Below, piece by piece: positions 35,713 through 48,745 of a DNA stretch of 64,000 nt. The DNA comes from an uncultured delta proteobacterium (GTDB lineage Bacteria > Myxococcota_A > Polyangia > Palsa-1104). Both the position numbers and the translations under genes were made by a program. Within the stretch, counting starts at the first letter, position 1, and every line of letters starts with the position of its first letter. The DNA lies in contig CAWAWS010000007.1 in NCBI GenBank assembly GCA_963785725.1, positions 736,001-800,000 of the forward strand, written 5' to 3'. The notes beneath the pieces are model-generated. The model was not told where the DNA came from and did not search any database. It saw only the letters and a list, made by a program, of their open reading frames with translations.

Positions 35713-36204
35713 TTAGTTACAGGCGTTCGAGAAATCGTTACTGAACCATAGCCCGGCCTTCGACGTGACGATGAGGCCGACGCCGACGCGCGTGAACTTG
35801 TCGTTCATGATGTTCTGATAGTGGCCGCCGGTCGGTCCCTCGCCGAACATGTCGGCCAGGATGGCGTCGATGGTCGCGTCCTCGTCGCCGTTGTTGATGG
35901 GCCAATTGGGCGCCTGATTCTCGCCCGCGCCGCTGCAGAATCCTTCGCTCCACAGCTTCGAACCTTGCGCGCCGAAGTAGGCGTGGGCCGTGCCGCTCGC
36001 TTCGTACGCGGCGACGGCGTCGGCCGAGAACGTCATGAGCTGATCGTCGAGCGTCAGCGCGGCGATGCCGTTTTGCGCGCGATACATGTTGAGCGTCGCC
36101 AGGTTGTGCTGCGCGTGCGAATCGGTCGTCGACAGCGCCTTGCCGCTGTTTCCGCCGCAGCCGATCACGCTCGTCGCGCATAAGGCAAAGACGAGATAAC
36201 GCAT
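35713..36204 (-). CDS. CAP domain lipoprotein
   Basis: VIGC lipobox; LNMYRAQNG, GENQA, GHYQNIMN, RVGVG. Confidence 0.85.
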   Translation of the reverse strand: MRYLVFALCATSVIGCGGNSGKALSTTDSHAQHNLATLNMYRAQNGIAALTLDDQLMTFSADAVAAYEASGTAHAYFGAQGSKLWSEGFCSGAGENQAPNWPINNGDEDATIDAILADMFGEGPTGGHYQNIMNDKFTRVGVGLIVTSKAGLWFSNDFSNACN

Positions 36205-36221
36205 ATTCGAATGATATCAGA

Positions 36222-37658
36222 TCAGGCGAGCGGCAGTGTTTCGCAGAACTCGATGCGACGTGGGACTTTGTAAGGCGCGAGATTACGCGCGCAGTGATCG
36301 ATGAGCTCCTCGGCGCCGCATTTGCCCATGACGACGACGCTGGCGACGACCATCTGGCCGGCGAGCGGATCCATGATCACCCGCACCTGCGCCTGCTGCA
36401 CCTTGGCGAACGACTCGAGGCAGTCCTGCACCTCGCCGAGCGCGACGCGTTTGCCGTCGAGCTTGACCAGCTGATCTTCGCGGCCGGCCAGATAGATGCG
36501 CCCGGTCTTGTCGAGGTGCCCGATGTCGCCGGTGCGCAGCCAGCCTTTGTCGTCGACGCCGCCGACGGGCACGCCGGCGCGTGCGCGCGCCATCGGCACC
36601 GACTTCTGCGCCACCGACTTCGACTTGATCCAAATGGGGCCGTCGTCGCCGACCGCGATCTTGCCGTCGCCGATGCGCAGGTCGACGCCTTCGATGACCT
36701 TGCCGACGGAGCCGGGCCGCGGCTCCTTCTTGTCGCAGGCGATCGTCGACGTCTCGGTCGTGTGATAGACGGGCACGATGCGGATGCCCCAGCGCGCCTT
36801 GAACGCCTCGGTCACCGCTTCCGACAGCGCTGACCCGGCCGACAAATAGCGCGGCTTCTTGACCTTGAGCGGCTTGGCCGTCGGCAGCTTCGCCAATCCC
36901 GCGTACAAACCGGGCGTCCCCGGCAGCACGTTGATCTCTTGCTCGCGCAAGAGCTTGACGATGCGCTTGGGCGCCACTTCGTCTTCGAGATAGAGCGTCG
37001 CACCGAAGCGCAGCGCCATCGCCAGCCCGCAATCGAAGCCGTAGCTGTGAAACAGCGGCACCGTCGTCAGGATGCGATCGTCCGACGTCACTTCCAGCGC
37101 GCGCGCCGTCTGCACCGCGGCCGCTTCCAAGTTCTCGTCGGTGCGCAGGACGCCTTTGGGCGTGCCCGTCGAGTCGTTGGTGTACAAAACGACCGCCGCG
37201 TCCGCCGCCGTTCCCGCCGACTTCTTGTAGATCGAGCAGGTGAGCAGCGTGCCTTGCAAGCGCCGCCGGCTCTCCAAATTCTCCAGCCGTCCCGTCGACG
37301 ACGGCGGCGCCTGCTGCTGCGTCTCGACGCCACCGCGCGGCCGCGTGATCAGCGCGCGCAAGGGCGCCGTGTCCATGATGATGCCGAGATCGCGCTGTCC
37401 CGTCGTCGGATCGAGCGGCACGACCGTCGCGCCCACTTTGGCGAGCGCCAGCGCCAAAATGGCGAAGTCGGGCACGTTGCCGAGCATGAGGCCGACCCAA
37501 TCGCCCTTGCGAATGCCCATCGCCGCGAACTCTTGGACGCGCCGATCCACGCGGTGAGAAAGCCCGCGCCACGATAGGTACGTGTCGCGATAGACGAGCG
37601 CTTTGGCGCTGCCTTGGGCGCGGGTCGCTTCCGTGAGCCACTTATACAGCAAAGTCAT
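36222..37658 (-). CDS. Class I adenylate-forming (AMP-binding) enzyme
   Basis: YTNDSTGTPKGV, PLFHSYG, RTGDIG, GR.D, LAPYKVPR. Confidence 0.88.
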   Translation of the reverse strand: MTLLYKWLTEATRAQGSAKALVYRDTYLSWRGLSHRVDRRVQEFAAMGIRKGDWVGLMLGNVPDFAILALALAKVGATVVPLDPTTGQRDLGIIMDTAPLRALITRPRGGVETQQQAPPSSTGRLENLESRRRLQGTLLTCSIYKKSAGTAADAAVVLYTNDSTGTPKGVLRTDENLEAAAVQTARALEVTSDDRILTTVPLFHSYGFDCGLAMALRFGATLYLEDEVAPKRIVKLLREQEINVLPGTPGLYAGLAKLPTAKPLKVKKPRYLSAGSALSEAVTEAFKARWGIRIVPVYHTTETSTIACDKKEPRPGSVGKVIEGVDLRIGDGKIAVGDDGPIWIKSKSVAQKSVPMARARAGVPVGGVDDKGWLRTGDIGHLDKTGRIYLAGREDQLVKLDGKRVALGEVQDCLESFAKVQQAQVRVIMDPLAGQMVVASVVVMGKCGAEELIDHCARNLAPYKVPRRIEFCETLPLA

Positions 37659-37698
37659 CCTCTTCCGACGGGCCGTAGCTTACGGTATGAAGCGGTGT

Positions 37699-39510
37699 AT
37701 GCGCAAGGCCCGCGCCGTCGTCGCTCTCTTCGCGATCGCTCACGTTGTCGCGTGCAGCGAGCGCCCAGCGTCTCCAAATGGCGCTGCCAACGCGGCCAAT
37801 GGCAGCGCCAATGTTTCGTCGGGCGCGACCGCGCAGCCGCCGAAGTTGTCGCCCAACGAGCTCGTCGACGAGCTGGTTCGCCAAGATCTCGATGCCGAGC
37901 TGTTCAACGCGCCCATCACGGCGACGTGGCTCGGCGTGCACAACTACGACGATCGCGTCGACGACGTGCGCCCCGAGAGCCAAGCGCACGAGGCGACGCG
38001 CCTGCGCATGCTGCTCGAGCGGCTGCGCGGCATCGATCCGAGCGCGCTCGACGTCGGTCACGCCTTCGATCGCATGCTGCTCATGCATCGCGCCGACACC
38101 GCGCTGTTCACGATGACCGATCTGAAGCCGCTCGAGCGCAATCCGCTCGTCTATGTCGACCTGGCGCAGTCGGCCATCTACGAGCTCATCACCGACGATT
38201 TCCTGCCGCCGCTCGATCGCCTGCGCAACATCAACGCGCGCTTGTGGAAGCTGCGTCCGCTGCTCGACGACGCGCGCCGCAATCTGCGCGCCACCGCCTC
38301 CGACTTGGCCATTCGCCGCGCCGTCGACGAAGCGCAGTCGGCCAAGAGCTTCATCGCCGAGACGCTGCCGCGCGCGCTGCAGAACGTGCCCGATCCGAAG
38401 GCCAAGCTGACCGAGGAGCTGCGCGCGGCCAGCGGCGACGCCTCGCGCGCGCTCGACGACTTTGCCGGCTGGCTGCAGCACGATCTCCTGCCGCGCGCGC
38501 ACGGCGAGCCGGCGCTCGGTCGCGATCGGCTGCTCGAGCTCTTGCGCCGCTCGGAGGCGATCGACGCCACGCCCGAGCAGCTCGTGGCCATCGGCGAGCG
38601 CGAGCTCAAGGACGCGCGCCATCGCTACGATGACGCGGCGCGGGCGCTGGCCGGCAGCCGCGCGGCGCAGCTCGACGTCGGCAAGGCGCTCGAAGACGAT
38701 CACGGCAAGCCCGAAGATCTGTTGGCGTCGGCGCAGCAGCAGCTGGACGCGGCGATCGCCTTCGTGCGAAGTCAACGGCTGTTTACTTTGCCCGATCCCG
38801 ATCGGCCCAAAGTGAGCGAGATGCCGCCGGTGCTGTGGGGCTACATGCAGCTGCAGATGGCCGGCCCGCTCGAGCAGAAATCGCGCGACGCCAGCTTGTT
38901 CGTCGACCCGGTGCCGCCGGACAAGAGCTGGACCGACAAGCGCAAGCCGCAAGATCAGCTGCGCTTCTTCAATCGGCCGGTGATGATTCGCACGATGCTG
39001 CACGACGCGATCGGCCATTACGTCGAGGCCGAGCTCGACCGGCACGCGCCGACGACGATGCAGAAGATCGCGCTGTCGCCGCTGTTCGTCGAAGGGTGGG
39101 CCGGCTACGTCGAGGAGATGATGCTCGCCGAGGGCTTCTTGCCCGGCGACGCCAAGGTGCGCTTGGCGGTGGCACGGGCGACGATGTTGCGCGCGGCGCG
39201 GCTCGTCGCCGCCGTTCGGCTGCACGCGCTCGGCGCCAAGCTCGACGACGTCGCCAAGGTCTTCACCGACGAAGCCGGCCTCGACGATTACCAGGCGCGC
39301 CGCGAGGCCGAGCGCGTCGCCACCGACCCGCTCATGCTCGCCGACGCGCTCGGCCGCGTCGTCATCATCAAGCTGCGCGACGACTGGCGCGCCGCGCATC
39401 CGGGCGCCAGCCTGGGCGCCTTCCACGACGCGTTCTTGCGCCACGGCACGCCGGCGCCGGCGCTCCTGCGCCGCCTACTGCTGCCGACCGATACCGGAAG
39501 CCCGATTTAG
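37699..39510 (+). CDS. DUF885 family lipoprotein
   Basis: VVAC lipobox; P..ATWLGVHNYDDR, FVEGWAGYVE, FHDAFLRHG. Confidence 0.85.
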   Translation: MRKARAVVALFAIAHVVACSERPASPNGAANAANGSANVSSGATAQPPKLSPNELVDELVRQDLDAELFNAPITATWLGVHNYDDRVDDVRPESQAHEATRLRMLLERLRGIDPSALDVGHAFDRMLLMHRADTALFTMTDLKPLERNPLVYVDLAQSAIYELITDDFLPPLDRLRNINARLWKLRPLLDDARRNLRATASDLAIRRAVDEAQSAKSFIAETLPRALQNVPDPKAKLTEELRAASGDASRALDDFAGWLQHDLLPRAHGEPALGRDRLLELLRRSEAIDATPEQLVAIGERELKDARHRYDDAARALAGSRAAQLDVGKALEDDHGKPEDLLASAQQQLDAAIAFVRSQRLFTLPDPDRPKVSEMPPVLWGYMQLQMAGPLEQKSRDASLFVDPVPPDKSWTDKRKPQDQLRFFNRPVMIRTMLHDAIGHYVEAELDRHAPTTMQKIALSPLFVEGWAGYVEEMMLAEGFLPGDAKVRLAVARATMLRAARLVAAVRLHALGAKLDDVAKVFTDEAGLDDYQARREAERVATDPLMLADALGRVVIIKLRDDWRAAHPGASLGAFHDAFLRHGTPAPALLRRLLLPTDTGSPI

Positions 39511-40062
39511 CGCGCGCTTCGTCTTCGGCGAATCCTGACGGTTTTCACCGCTCGCCAGATAGTCGCGGAGCGCTTCGAACCACACGAGCTTCTGCTGAAA
39601 GCCGGGAAAGCTGGCGTTGAGCCCGCTCGGGTTGGGCACGACGAACAGGCGCGCGCCGCCGAACGTCTGCGGCTTCGCTCCCGCGCCCGGCGTCGCCGCG
39701 CGCCCGAAGATTTGCTGGTAGATCGTCAAGCCGACGAGCACGACGACGCGCGGCCGCAGCCGGCGCACGCGCCGCTCGAGGTCGCGCGCGCCCGCCGCCA
39801 GCTCGGCGCGCGTCAGCTCGGCCGCGCTGCGCGACGGCCGCGAACAAATGTTCGTAATGCCGAAGCCGAAGTCGATGAGGCGCCGCTCCTCGGCGAACGT
39901 CAGTGGCTCGCCGATCAGCTTCGCCGCATATAACAGGCGCCAGAACGGATTGCCTTTGCCGGCGAAGTTGTGGCCGAGCGCGGCCGAGCGCAGCCCCGGG
40001 TTGATGCCGACAAACAGCGCGTGCAAGTCGGGCGCGACGATGTCGCGAATCTGCGGCGGCAT
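39475..40062 (-). CDS. mug: G/U mismatch-specific DNA glycosylase
   Basis: FVGINPGLRS, HNFAGKGNPFW, GITN, PNPSGLN. Confidence 0.92.
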   Translation of the reverse strand: MPPQIRDIVAPDLHALFVGINPGLRSAALGHNFAGKGNPFWRLLYAAKLIGEPLTFAEERRLIDFGFGITNICSRPSRSAAELTRAELAAGARDLERRVRRLRPRVVVLVGLTIYQQIFGRAATPGAGAKPQTFGGARLFVVPNPSGLNASFPGFQQKLVWFEALRDYLASGENRQDSPKTKRALNRASGIGRQQ

Positions 40063-40151
40063 GGCGCGGCCGAGCGTAGCAGGACTTTCGTCCGACGCCG
40101 CTCATGCCGTTTCGATTGTGAGGATGAACGAATCGTTACGACCGCCGAGAA

Positions 40152-41450
40152 TTAGCGGCGCGCCAAGTGCGCGTTGCTCTCGCCGTCGAAGTAGCTGGTC
40201 AAGAGCTCGCGCGCCACTTGATGCGCCTTGACGCTCCAATCGGGCCCATTGCCGAGCAGCACCGCGACCGCGACCTCCGGCTTCTCCGCCGGCGCGAAGC
40301 CGACGAACCACGAGTAGGCCAGATACGACGGGCTCTTGCGATCGAGCGACCCCGTCTTGCCCGCGACCGCGACGCCCGGCAGCAGCGGCCGGCCGGTGCG
40401 CTTGTCGTGAAAGCCGAGCCGCGCCGTGCCGAACTCGGTCGTGCCCACCATCATGCGTCCGACGGCGCGCGCGGCCGCCTCCGAGACGACGCGCCGCTCG
40501 GGCGCGCCCGCCGCGCGCTCGACGTTGCCCGCGCGATCGACGTAGCGGTCGACCAAGCGCATCGGCGGCGTCACGCCACCGCGCGCCATCGTCGCCGCCA
40601 GCCACGCGCCGTGCAGCGGCGACAACGTCGTGTTCCAAAAGCCGGCCGCGACGCGCGCAAACGGCAGCCCGCTCGCCGGCACCGACGCCGTCGACGCTTC
40701 CGTCGGCAGCGCGAACGGCAAGGCCGCGCCGAAGCCGAGCGCGCGCGCCGTCCGCTCGAGGATTCCCGCGTTCAAGTGATCGTGCGCCAGCCGCGCGATG
40801 ATCGCGTTCTGCGACTTGGCCAGGCCATACGCCAGCGTCTGGCACTGCCCGTCGAGCCGCGCGTTCGCGCGCAGGTTCGACTCTTCCACCGAGTGCACGC
40901 CGTCGTGGTAGCAGACGCGCGTCGACGGGCTCACGCCGTGCTCGACCAGCGCGGTCGTCGTCACGATCTTGAACACCGACGCCGCCGGTGCCCACGGCGT
41001 CGTCGCCAGCTCGGCTGCGCTCTTGTTCGGCTCGGCCGTCGAGTGGCCGGCCATCGCCAGGACGCGGCCGTCGTCGACCGACATGACGACTGCCGCCGCG
41101 TACGGCGCGTGATGCGACGTGAGCAGCCGCTGCACCCGCTCCTGCAACGCCGGATCGATCGTGAGCTCCGCGCGTCCGCCATCGCTCATGCGCTCGACGT
41201 AGCCGCTCTCTTCTTGCTGCACGCGCGACCACGTGATGTGGCGCAGCTCGTCGTGCTCGTGCGACTTACCGAACAGGCGCTCTGCCTTGCTCAGCCGCGA
41301 CTGCCCGCCGGCTGCGATGCCGGCGATGAGCGCCGGCGGCGCGGCCTCGGCGAGCCGATCGCGCAGCGGCCGCGTGAACATCAACGCCACCAGCGTCAAG
41401 AGGCAGAGGACCGTGGTCAGATGGCGGCGGACCTTCAATTGGCGAATCAT
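40152..41450 (-). CDS. Penicillin-binding transpeptidase domain protein
   Basis: N-terminal TM; SxxK (SVFK), SxN (SQN), KTG motifs. Confidence 0.9.
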   Translation of the reverse strand: MIRQLKVRRHLTTVLCLLTLVALMFTRPLRDRLAEAAPPALIAGIAAGGQSRLSKAERLFGKSHEHDELRHITWSRVQQEESGYVERMSDGGRAELTIDPALQERVQRLLTSHHAPYAAAVVMSVDDGRVLAMAGHSTAEPNKSAAELATTPWAPAASVFKIVTTTALVEHGVSPSTRVCYHDGVHSVEESNLRANARLDGQCQTLAYGLAKSQNAIIARLAHDHLNAGILERTARALGFGAALPFALPTEASTASVPASGLPFARVAAGFWNTTLSPLHGAWLAATMARGGVTPPMRLVDRYVDRAGNVERAAGAPERRVVSEAAARAVGRMMVGTTEFGTARLGFHDKRTGRPLLPGVAVAGKTGSLDRKSPSYLAYSWFVGFAPAEKPEVAVAVLLGNGPDWSVKAHQVARELLTSYFDGESNAHLARR

Positions 41451-41571
41451 TACGGCCTCTTAATGCAGTGTGTAGTCCATGGTAGGAGATGTAGGTGAAG
41501 AGCGCAAATTTTTGCGTTGTTCATGACGCGATCGCCCGATCGCAGGAATTGCGCGGTATGATGGTTGACCC

Positions 41572-42453
<882 letters not shown>

Positions 42454-42510
42454 CCGCGCGCAAGCACGGTGAAGATCGATTGACCGCCGGCGGCGATGGC
42501 CGGCGGCTGA

Positions 42511-43044
42511 CTATCGTCTGCCGCCGGGAATGACGGTGAACGCGCGTCGCATCCGTTCACGGCGCAGCGGCTCGAGGCCGGCTTTGAGCAGCGACGACTC
42601 GGGGCAGCGCTTCAGGCCCGCTTCGAACGTGGCCATCGCCTCTTCGGCGCGATCGAGCGCGTCGAGAATCGCGGCTTTCTCGTAATACAGGTCTTCGAGC
42701 AGCCAATCGTCCTCGGCGCCCATGTGGCGGAACGCGCGCTCGACCGCCTTCAGCGCCTCGGCATAACGCTCGAGATCGGCGAGCACGGCGGCGCGAACGT
42801 AATGCGCCTCGGCCGATCGCGGCATGCGCTTGACCGCCATCTCGGCCGCCGCCAGCGCCGCCGGATCATCGTCCAGCGACGACAAGATCTGCGACTTCAG
42901 GATCCACGCCTCGGGCTCGAGCGGCCGGCAACGGAGCGCGCGGTTGACGTGCTCGTTCGCCTCCCAGAGATCGCCCGCGCCCTCGTAACCTCCGAGAAGG
43001 GCGCGCGCCATCTCCATGCAATCGTCGAACTCGTCGTGCCGCAT
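42511..43044 (-). CDS. TPR protein
   Basis: TPR-like repeats (PEAWILKS, AEAHYVRA, LYYEKA). Confidence 0.8.
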   Translation of the reverse strand: MRHDEFDDCMEMARALLGGYEGAGDLWEANEHVNRALRCRPLEPEAWILKSQILSSLDDDPAALAAAEMAVKRMPRSAEAHYVRAAVLADLERYAEALKAVERAFRHMGAEDDWLLEDLYYEKAAILDALDRAEEAMATFEAGLKRCPESSLLKAGLEPLRRERMRRAFTVIPGGRR

Positions 43045-43140
43045 ACCCTCGGAAGCGTACCACTCGTGTTATCACTGCACCAGATGAGTTACGGCGGCGC
43101 GCCGCGCGAATACGCGACGTGACGCATGCACGGAACGCAC

Positions 43141-43929
43141 ATGAAGCTGGCTGCTCTCTTCATTCACCCGGTGAAATCGTGCGCCGGAATCAGCGTGCAA
43201 GCGGCGCGTCTGACCGCGCGCGGCCTCGAGCACGATCGACGCTGGATGGTCGTCGACGAGGCGGGCCGCTTCCTCACGCAGCGCGTGTTGGCGCGCATGG
43301 CGCTCGTGCGACTGTCACTGACCGACGACGGCTTGCAAGCGCATCGCGACGACTTCGAGCCGTTGTCGCTGCCGTTCTTGTTCTCGGCCGGCCGCACGAT
43401 CGACATCGCCGTCTGGAGCCATCGTGGTCCGGCCATTCGCCACGACGCCGGCAGCGCCTGGTTCACGCGCGTGCTCGAACGGCCGGCGCAGCTCGTGTGC
43501 ATGCCCGACGAGATCGTGCGCCCGATCGATTCCAGCGCCGCCCGCGCCGGCGACGAGGTCAGCTTCGCCGACGGCTTCCCGCTGCTCGTCACCAACACGG
43601 CGTCGCTCGACGACCTGAACGCGCGCGCCCACTTCGCCGCCGACATGCGCCGCTTTCGCCCCAACCTCGTCGTCTCGGGCGCGCCCGCGTGGGCCGAAGA
43701 CGACTGGCAAGCGCTGCGCGTCGGCGCCGTGCCGCTGCGCGTGGCCACGGCGTGCGCGCGCTGCAACATCCCCGGCCTCGATCCCGACAGCGGCGCGCCG
43801 ACGAAGGAGCCGCTGCGCACGCTGGCCACGTTCCGCAAGCGCGGCCACGAGGTCTACTTCGGCGTCAACGCCATCCCCGACGGCGCGGGCGAGCTGCGCG
43901 TCGGCGACGACGTCGCCGTCCTCGCGTGA
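43141..43929 (+). CDS. MOSC domain protein (YcbX/mARC-like)
   Basis: HPVKSC, DRRWMVVD, FADGFP, RFRPNLVV, CARC. Confidence 0.92.
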   Translation: MKLAALFIHPVKSCAGISVQAARLTARGLEHDRRWMVVDEAGRFLTQRVLARMALVRLSLTDDGLQAHRDDFEPLSLPFLFSAGRTIDIAVWSHRGPAIRHDAGSAWFTRVLERPAQLVCMPDEIVRPIDSSAARAGDEVSFADGFPLLVTNTASLDDLNARAHFAADMRRFRPNLVVSGAPAWAEDDWQALRVGAVPLRVATACARCNIPGLDPDSGAPTKEPLRTLATFRKRGHEVYFGVNAIPDGAGELRVGDDVAVLA

Positions 43930-43934
43930 TCGAT

Positions 43935-43968
43935 CGTCGACACTGAAGCGATCGCTTCAGTGTCGACG
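43935..43968. repeat. Perfect 34-bp palindrome between convergent genes (possible bidirectional terminator)
   Basis: CGTCGACACTGAAGCGA|TCGCTTCAGTGTCGACG is its own reverse complement. Confidence 0.85.
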
Positions 43969-43995
43969 TTGAAGTAACCGCTTCAGTATTAGGAA

Positions 43996-45435
43996 TTAGC
44001 CGAAGAGGATGGACTTACGCGTCTTCAGTAAGCCGTCGATCATGTCTTGGATGCGCACGCGCACTTGCTCGGCCAGCTTGTTGACGAGGATGCGATCGTT
44101 CGCTCCTTCGGCGCCATATTCGGCGTTGAAGTAGAGCGGCTCGCCGAACGCGATGAACCACTTCGTCGGCAGCGGAATGAGCCCGAGCACGCCCAGCGCC
44201 GGGAACGTCGGCGTCACCGGGATATAGGGAATCCCGACCGATTTCGCCAGCCACGTCACCTTCGTCAGCATCGGGTGAATCTCTTCGGCGCCGACGACCG
44301 CGGTCGGAATGATGGGCGCGTCCGACTTCAGCGCCAGCTTGATGAAGCCACCGCGCCCGAAACGCTGCAGCTGATAGCGCTCTTTGTAGAGCTTGCCGAT
44401 GCCTTTGATGCCTTCGGGAAACACGGCCACCAGCTGATCCTGCTGCAGGAGCCGCTCGGCGTTCTCCGGGCACGCGCGCACGCCGCCGATGCGGTTCATG
44501 AGCGTGCCGAGATACGGGAAGTGGAAGACGAAGTCTTCGACGAGCGGGCGCACTTCGCGCTGCGTGCGATGCTCGGTGCGCACGGCGTGCATGATCATGG
44601 CGCCGTCGTACGGCAGCGTGCCCGAGTGGTTGGCGACGATGAGCCCGCGGCCCTCGTCGGGGATGTGGCCGAGCCCGCGCGTCTCGACGCGGAAATAGCT
44701 GCGATAGAGGAAGTCGAGCATCGGCTCGACGCGCGCCGCGACCTGCGGATCGCGGCCGAACTCGTCGACGACCTCCGAGCGATCGCGCATCGCCAGCTTG
44801 CGCCAGCGCTGCCAGACGAACTCGAGCGGCAGCCGCTGCCGTTCGCCGCCATGCTCGCCCGTGCGCGCCGGCAACAGCCGCTCGCGCACGCTCTTTTCGA
44901 TGTGCCGCGCCTCTTCGACGAGCCCGTGCCGCGCTCCGGTCGTCGGCGAGCGATCGATTGACGGGCCGTATTCCGACGGCGGCGCTCGGTCGGTCGTCGT
45001 CGAGTAGGTCTCGACCGGCGCCGGCTCGACTTTGGCGCTGCCGTTGGCCTTCGGGGCGTCGATGGTCGTCGCGATCGCCACGTCGGCGACGTCGGTCGTC
45101 GGCTCCAGCGTCGGGCTCGCCGCAACCTCGCTGGCGACCAGCGTCTCCGCGACCGCGGCCACGATCGCGCTCGCCGCGTCCGCGTCGTCGTCGGCTTTGA
45201 CGACGTCGACGCCCTCGTCGACCGGCGCCGGCGCTTCGGTCGCCGTCGCGCTCGACTTCGCCGCGGCCTTGCCTTTGCCCTTCTTGCCGGCTTTCGGCCC
45301 TTTTTCGACGGGCGCGGCGTCGCTCGCCGTCACCGTCGGCTTCGCTTGCGTCGTCGCCGTGTCCGCTTGCGGCGGCGGCATCGGCTGCTCGTCGCTCGCG
45401 AACGGATCGTCACCGAGAATCTGCTTGCCCGCCAT
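43996..45435 (-). CDS. Lysophospholipid/glycerol acyltransferase with long low-complexity N-terminus
   Basis: NHSGTLPYD (HxxxxD-type), VFPEG, PIIP motifs. Confidence 0.88.
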   Translation of the reverse strand: MAGKQILGDDPFASDEQPMPPPQADTATTQAKPTVTASDAAPVEKGPKAGKKGKGKAAAKSSATATEAPAPVDEGVDVVKADDDADAASAIVAAVAETLVASEVAASPTLEPTTDVADVAIATTIDAPKANGSAKVEPAPVETYSTTTDRAPPSEYGPSIDRSPTTGARHGLVEEARHIEKSVRERLLPARTGEHGGERQRLPLEFVWQRWRKLAMRDRSEVVDEFGRDPQVAARVEPMLDFLYRSYFRVETRGLGHIPDEGRGLIVANHSGTLPYDGAMIMHAVRTEHRTQREVRPLVEDFVFHFPYLGTLMNRIGGVRACPENAERLLQQDQLVAVFPEGIKGIGKLYKERYQLQRFGRGGFIKLALKSDAPIIPTAVVGAEEIHPMLTKVTWLAKSVGIPYIPVTPTFPALGVLGLIPLPTKWFIAFGEPLYFNAEYGAEGANDRILVNKLAEQVRVRIQDMIDGLLKTRKSILFG

Positions 45436-46595
45436 CACGCCCCTCCGACGGCCTCGTGCTGCTGCCGCTCGCCGCCATCGCGCGCATTCTCCGGCAGCGC
45501 GATCGCGCCCAGCCCGAGGAAGTCGTCGATGGTCGCCTTGATATCGAATTTCGGCTCGTAATCCAGCTCGCGCCGCGCCTTGTCACCATCGGCGACGCAA
45601 AGGAAGCGCAGGAAATCGAGGAAGTTGGGCGGCGAGTCGAACACCTGCGTCGCCCACAGCGCCTTCGACAGCGGATACGCCAGGAAGTGCGGCATCGGCA
45701 GCGGCACTTTGCCCATCATCGCCAGGATCGTCGAGTAGGGCAGCACGCCGTCGCCGACGATGTTGAAGTCGCCGGGATGGTCGTCGTCGACGGCGAGCGC
45801 GAAGGCGTCGACGACGTCGCGCTCGTGCACGAACTGCATCAGCGGATCGTAGCCCATCAGCATCGGCGCCACCGGCCGCGAGAAGAAGCGCGTGGCGAAG
45901 TTGCGAATGGTCGGGCCCGAGCGTCGCCGCGGTGCGCAGCGTCGTGACGATCGTGTCGGGATTCTCCGGCGCGAAGCGGCGCACCTGCTTCTCGACTTCG
46001 ACCTTGTCCTTGACGAAGCGCGAGCGCGACTGGCCGCCGCGCAGCTCGTGCTCCTCGCTCGAGGAAGTTGGGGTTGAGCGGATGCGCGCCGTAGACCACC
46101 GTCTGCGACCAGCACCACGAGCTTGCGCACGCTGGCACTCGGCGCAGGCGTTGAGCACGTGCATGGTGCCGATGGCTCTCGAGCTCGTGCGCCCAGGAGT
46201 TGGCGTGCGTCGGCGCCGACAAAAACGCCGCGTGCACGACGGTGTCGACGCCTTCGCGCTTCCAGCACCGCGGCCAGGTCGGCGTCGGCCGTCGGCAGCG
46301 TCAGGTCGATCTTGTGGAACTGCGTCTTCGACATCGCGAACGTCGGCTTGCGGATGTCGATCGCCAGCACTTTGTAATAGCGACGATCGCGCTCGAGCCG
46401 CTTGATGAGCTCGGCGCCGATGAAGCTGTAGGCGCCGGTCACCGCCACGACGCGCTGCTCGGGATCGTAGGGCGGCCGCGCGACCAGCGCTTTCTTCTTC
46501 GGAACTTCTTGGTTTCGGGCGGCCGGCATCGTGCGCGTAAGGTAGTGCATCGAGGCCGGCGGTTCAACCGCTACGCGTCTCGTAAATTCGGACAC
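45435..46595 (-). CDS. NAD-dependent epimerase/dehydratase (multiple apparent frameshifts at 45900-46280)
   Basis: VAVTGAYSFIG; HAAF, VVYGAHP, DKVEVE and QFVHERD segments fall in different frames. Confidence 0.8.
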   Translation of the reverse strand: MSEFTRRVAVEPPASMHYLTRTMPAARNQEVPKKKALVARPPYDPEQRVVAVTGAYSFIGAELIKRLERDRRYYKVLAIDIRKPTFAMSKTQFHKIDLTLPTADADLAAVLEARRRRHRRARGVFVGADARQLLGARAREPSAPCTCSTPAPSASVRKLVVLVADGGLRRASAQPQLPRARSTSCAAASRARASSRTRSKSRSRCAASRRRIPTRSSRRCAPRRRSGPTIRNFATRFFSRPVAPMLMGYDPLMQFVHERDVVDAFALAVDDDHPGDFNIVGDGVLPYSTILAMMGKVPLPMPHFLAYPLSKALWATQVFDSPPNFLDFLRFLCVADGDKARRELDYEPKFDIKATIDDFLGLGAIALPENARDGGERQQHEAVGGA

Positions 46596-46629
46596 GCGCT
46601 TGAAATGTATGCCGTGGTAGACCTTGCGC

Positions 46630-48655
<2,026 letters not shown>

Positions 48656-48745
48656 CCCGCACGCGACGGCGCGATCGGCGAGGCTTTCGGCGGAGTAAGC
48701 GAAACGAACGGTGGGAAGGCGAAAGAAGCGGACGCGCGCGCGGTG

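Noticed and set aside
39475..39510. Convergent overlap of DUF885 and mug genes
   Set aside because: Short 36-nt overlap, ordinary in compact GC-rich genomes
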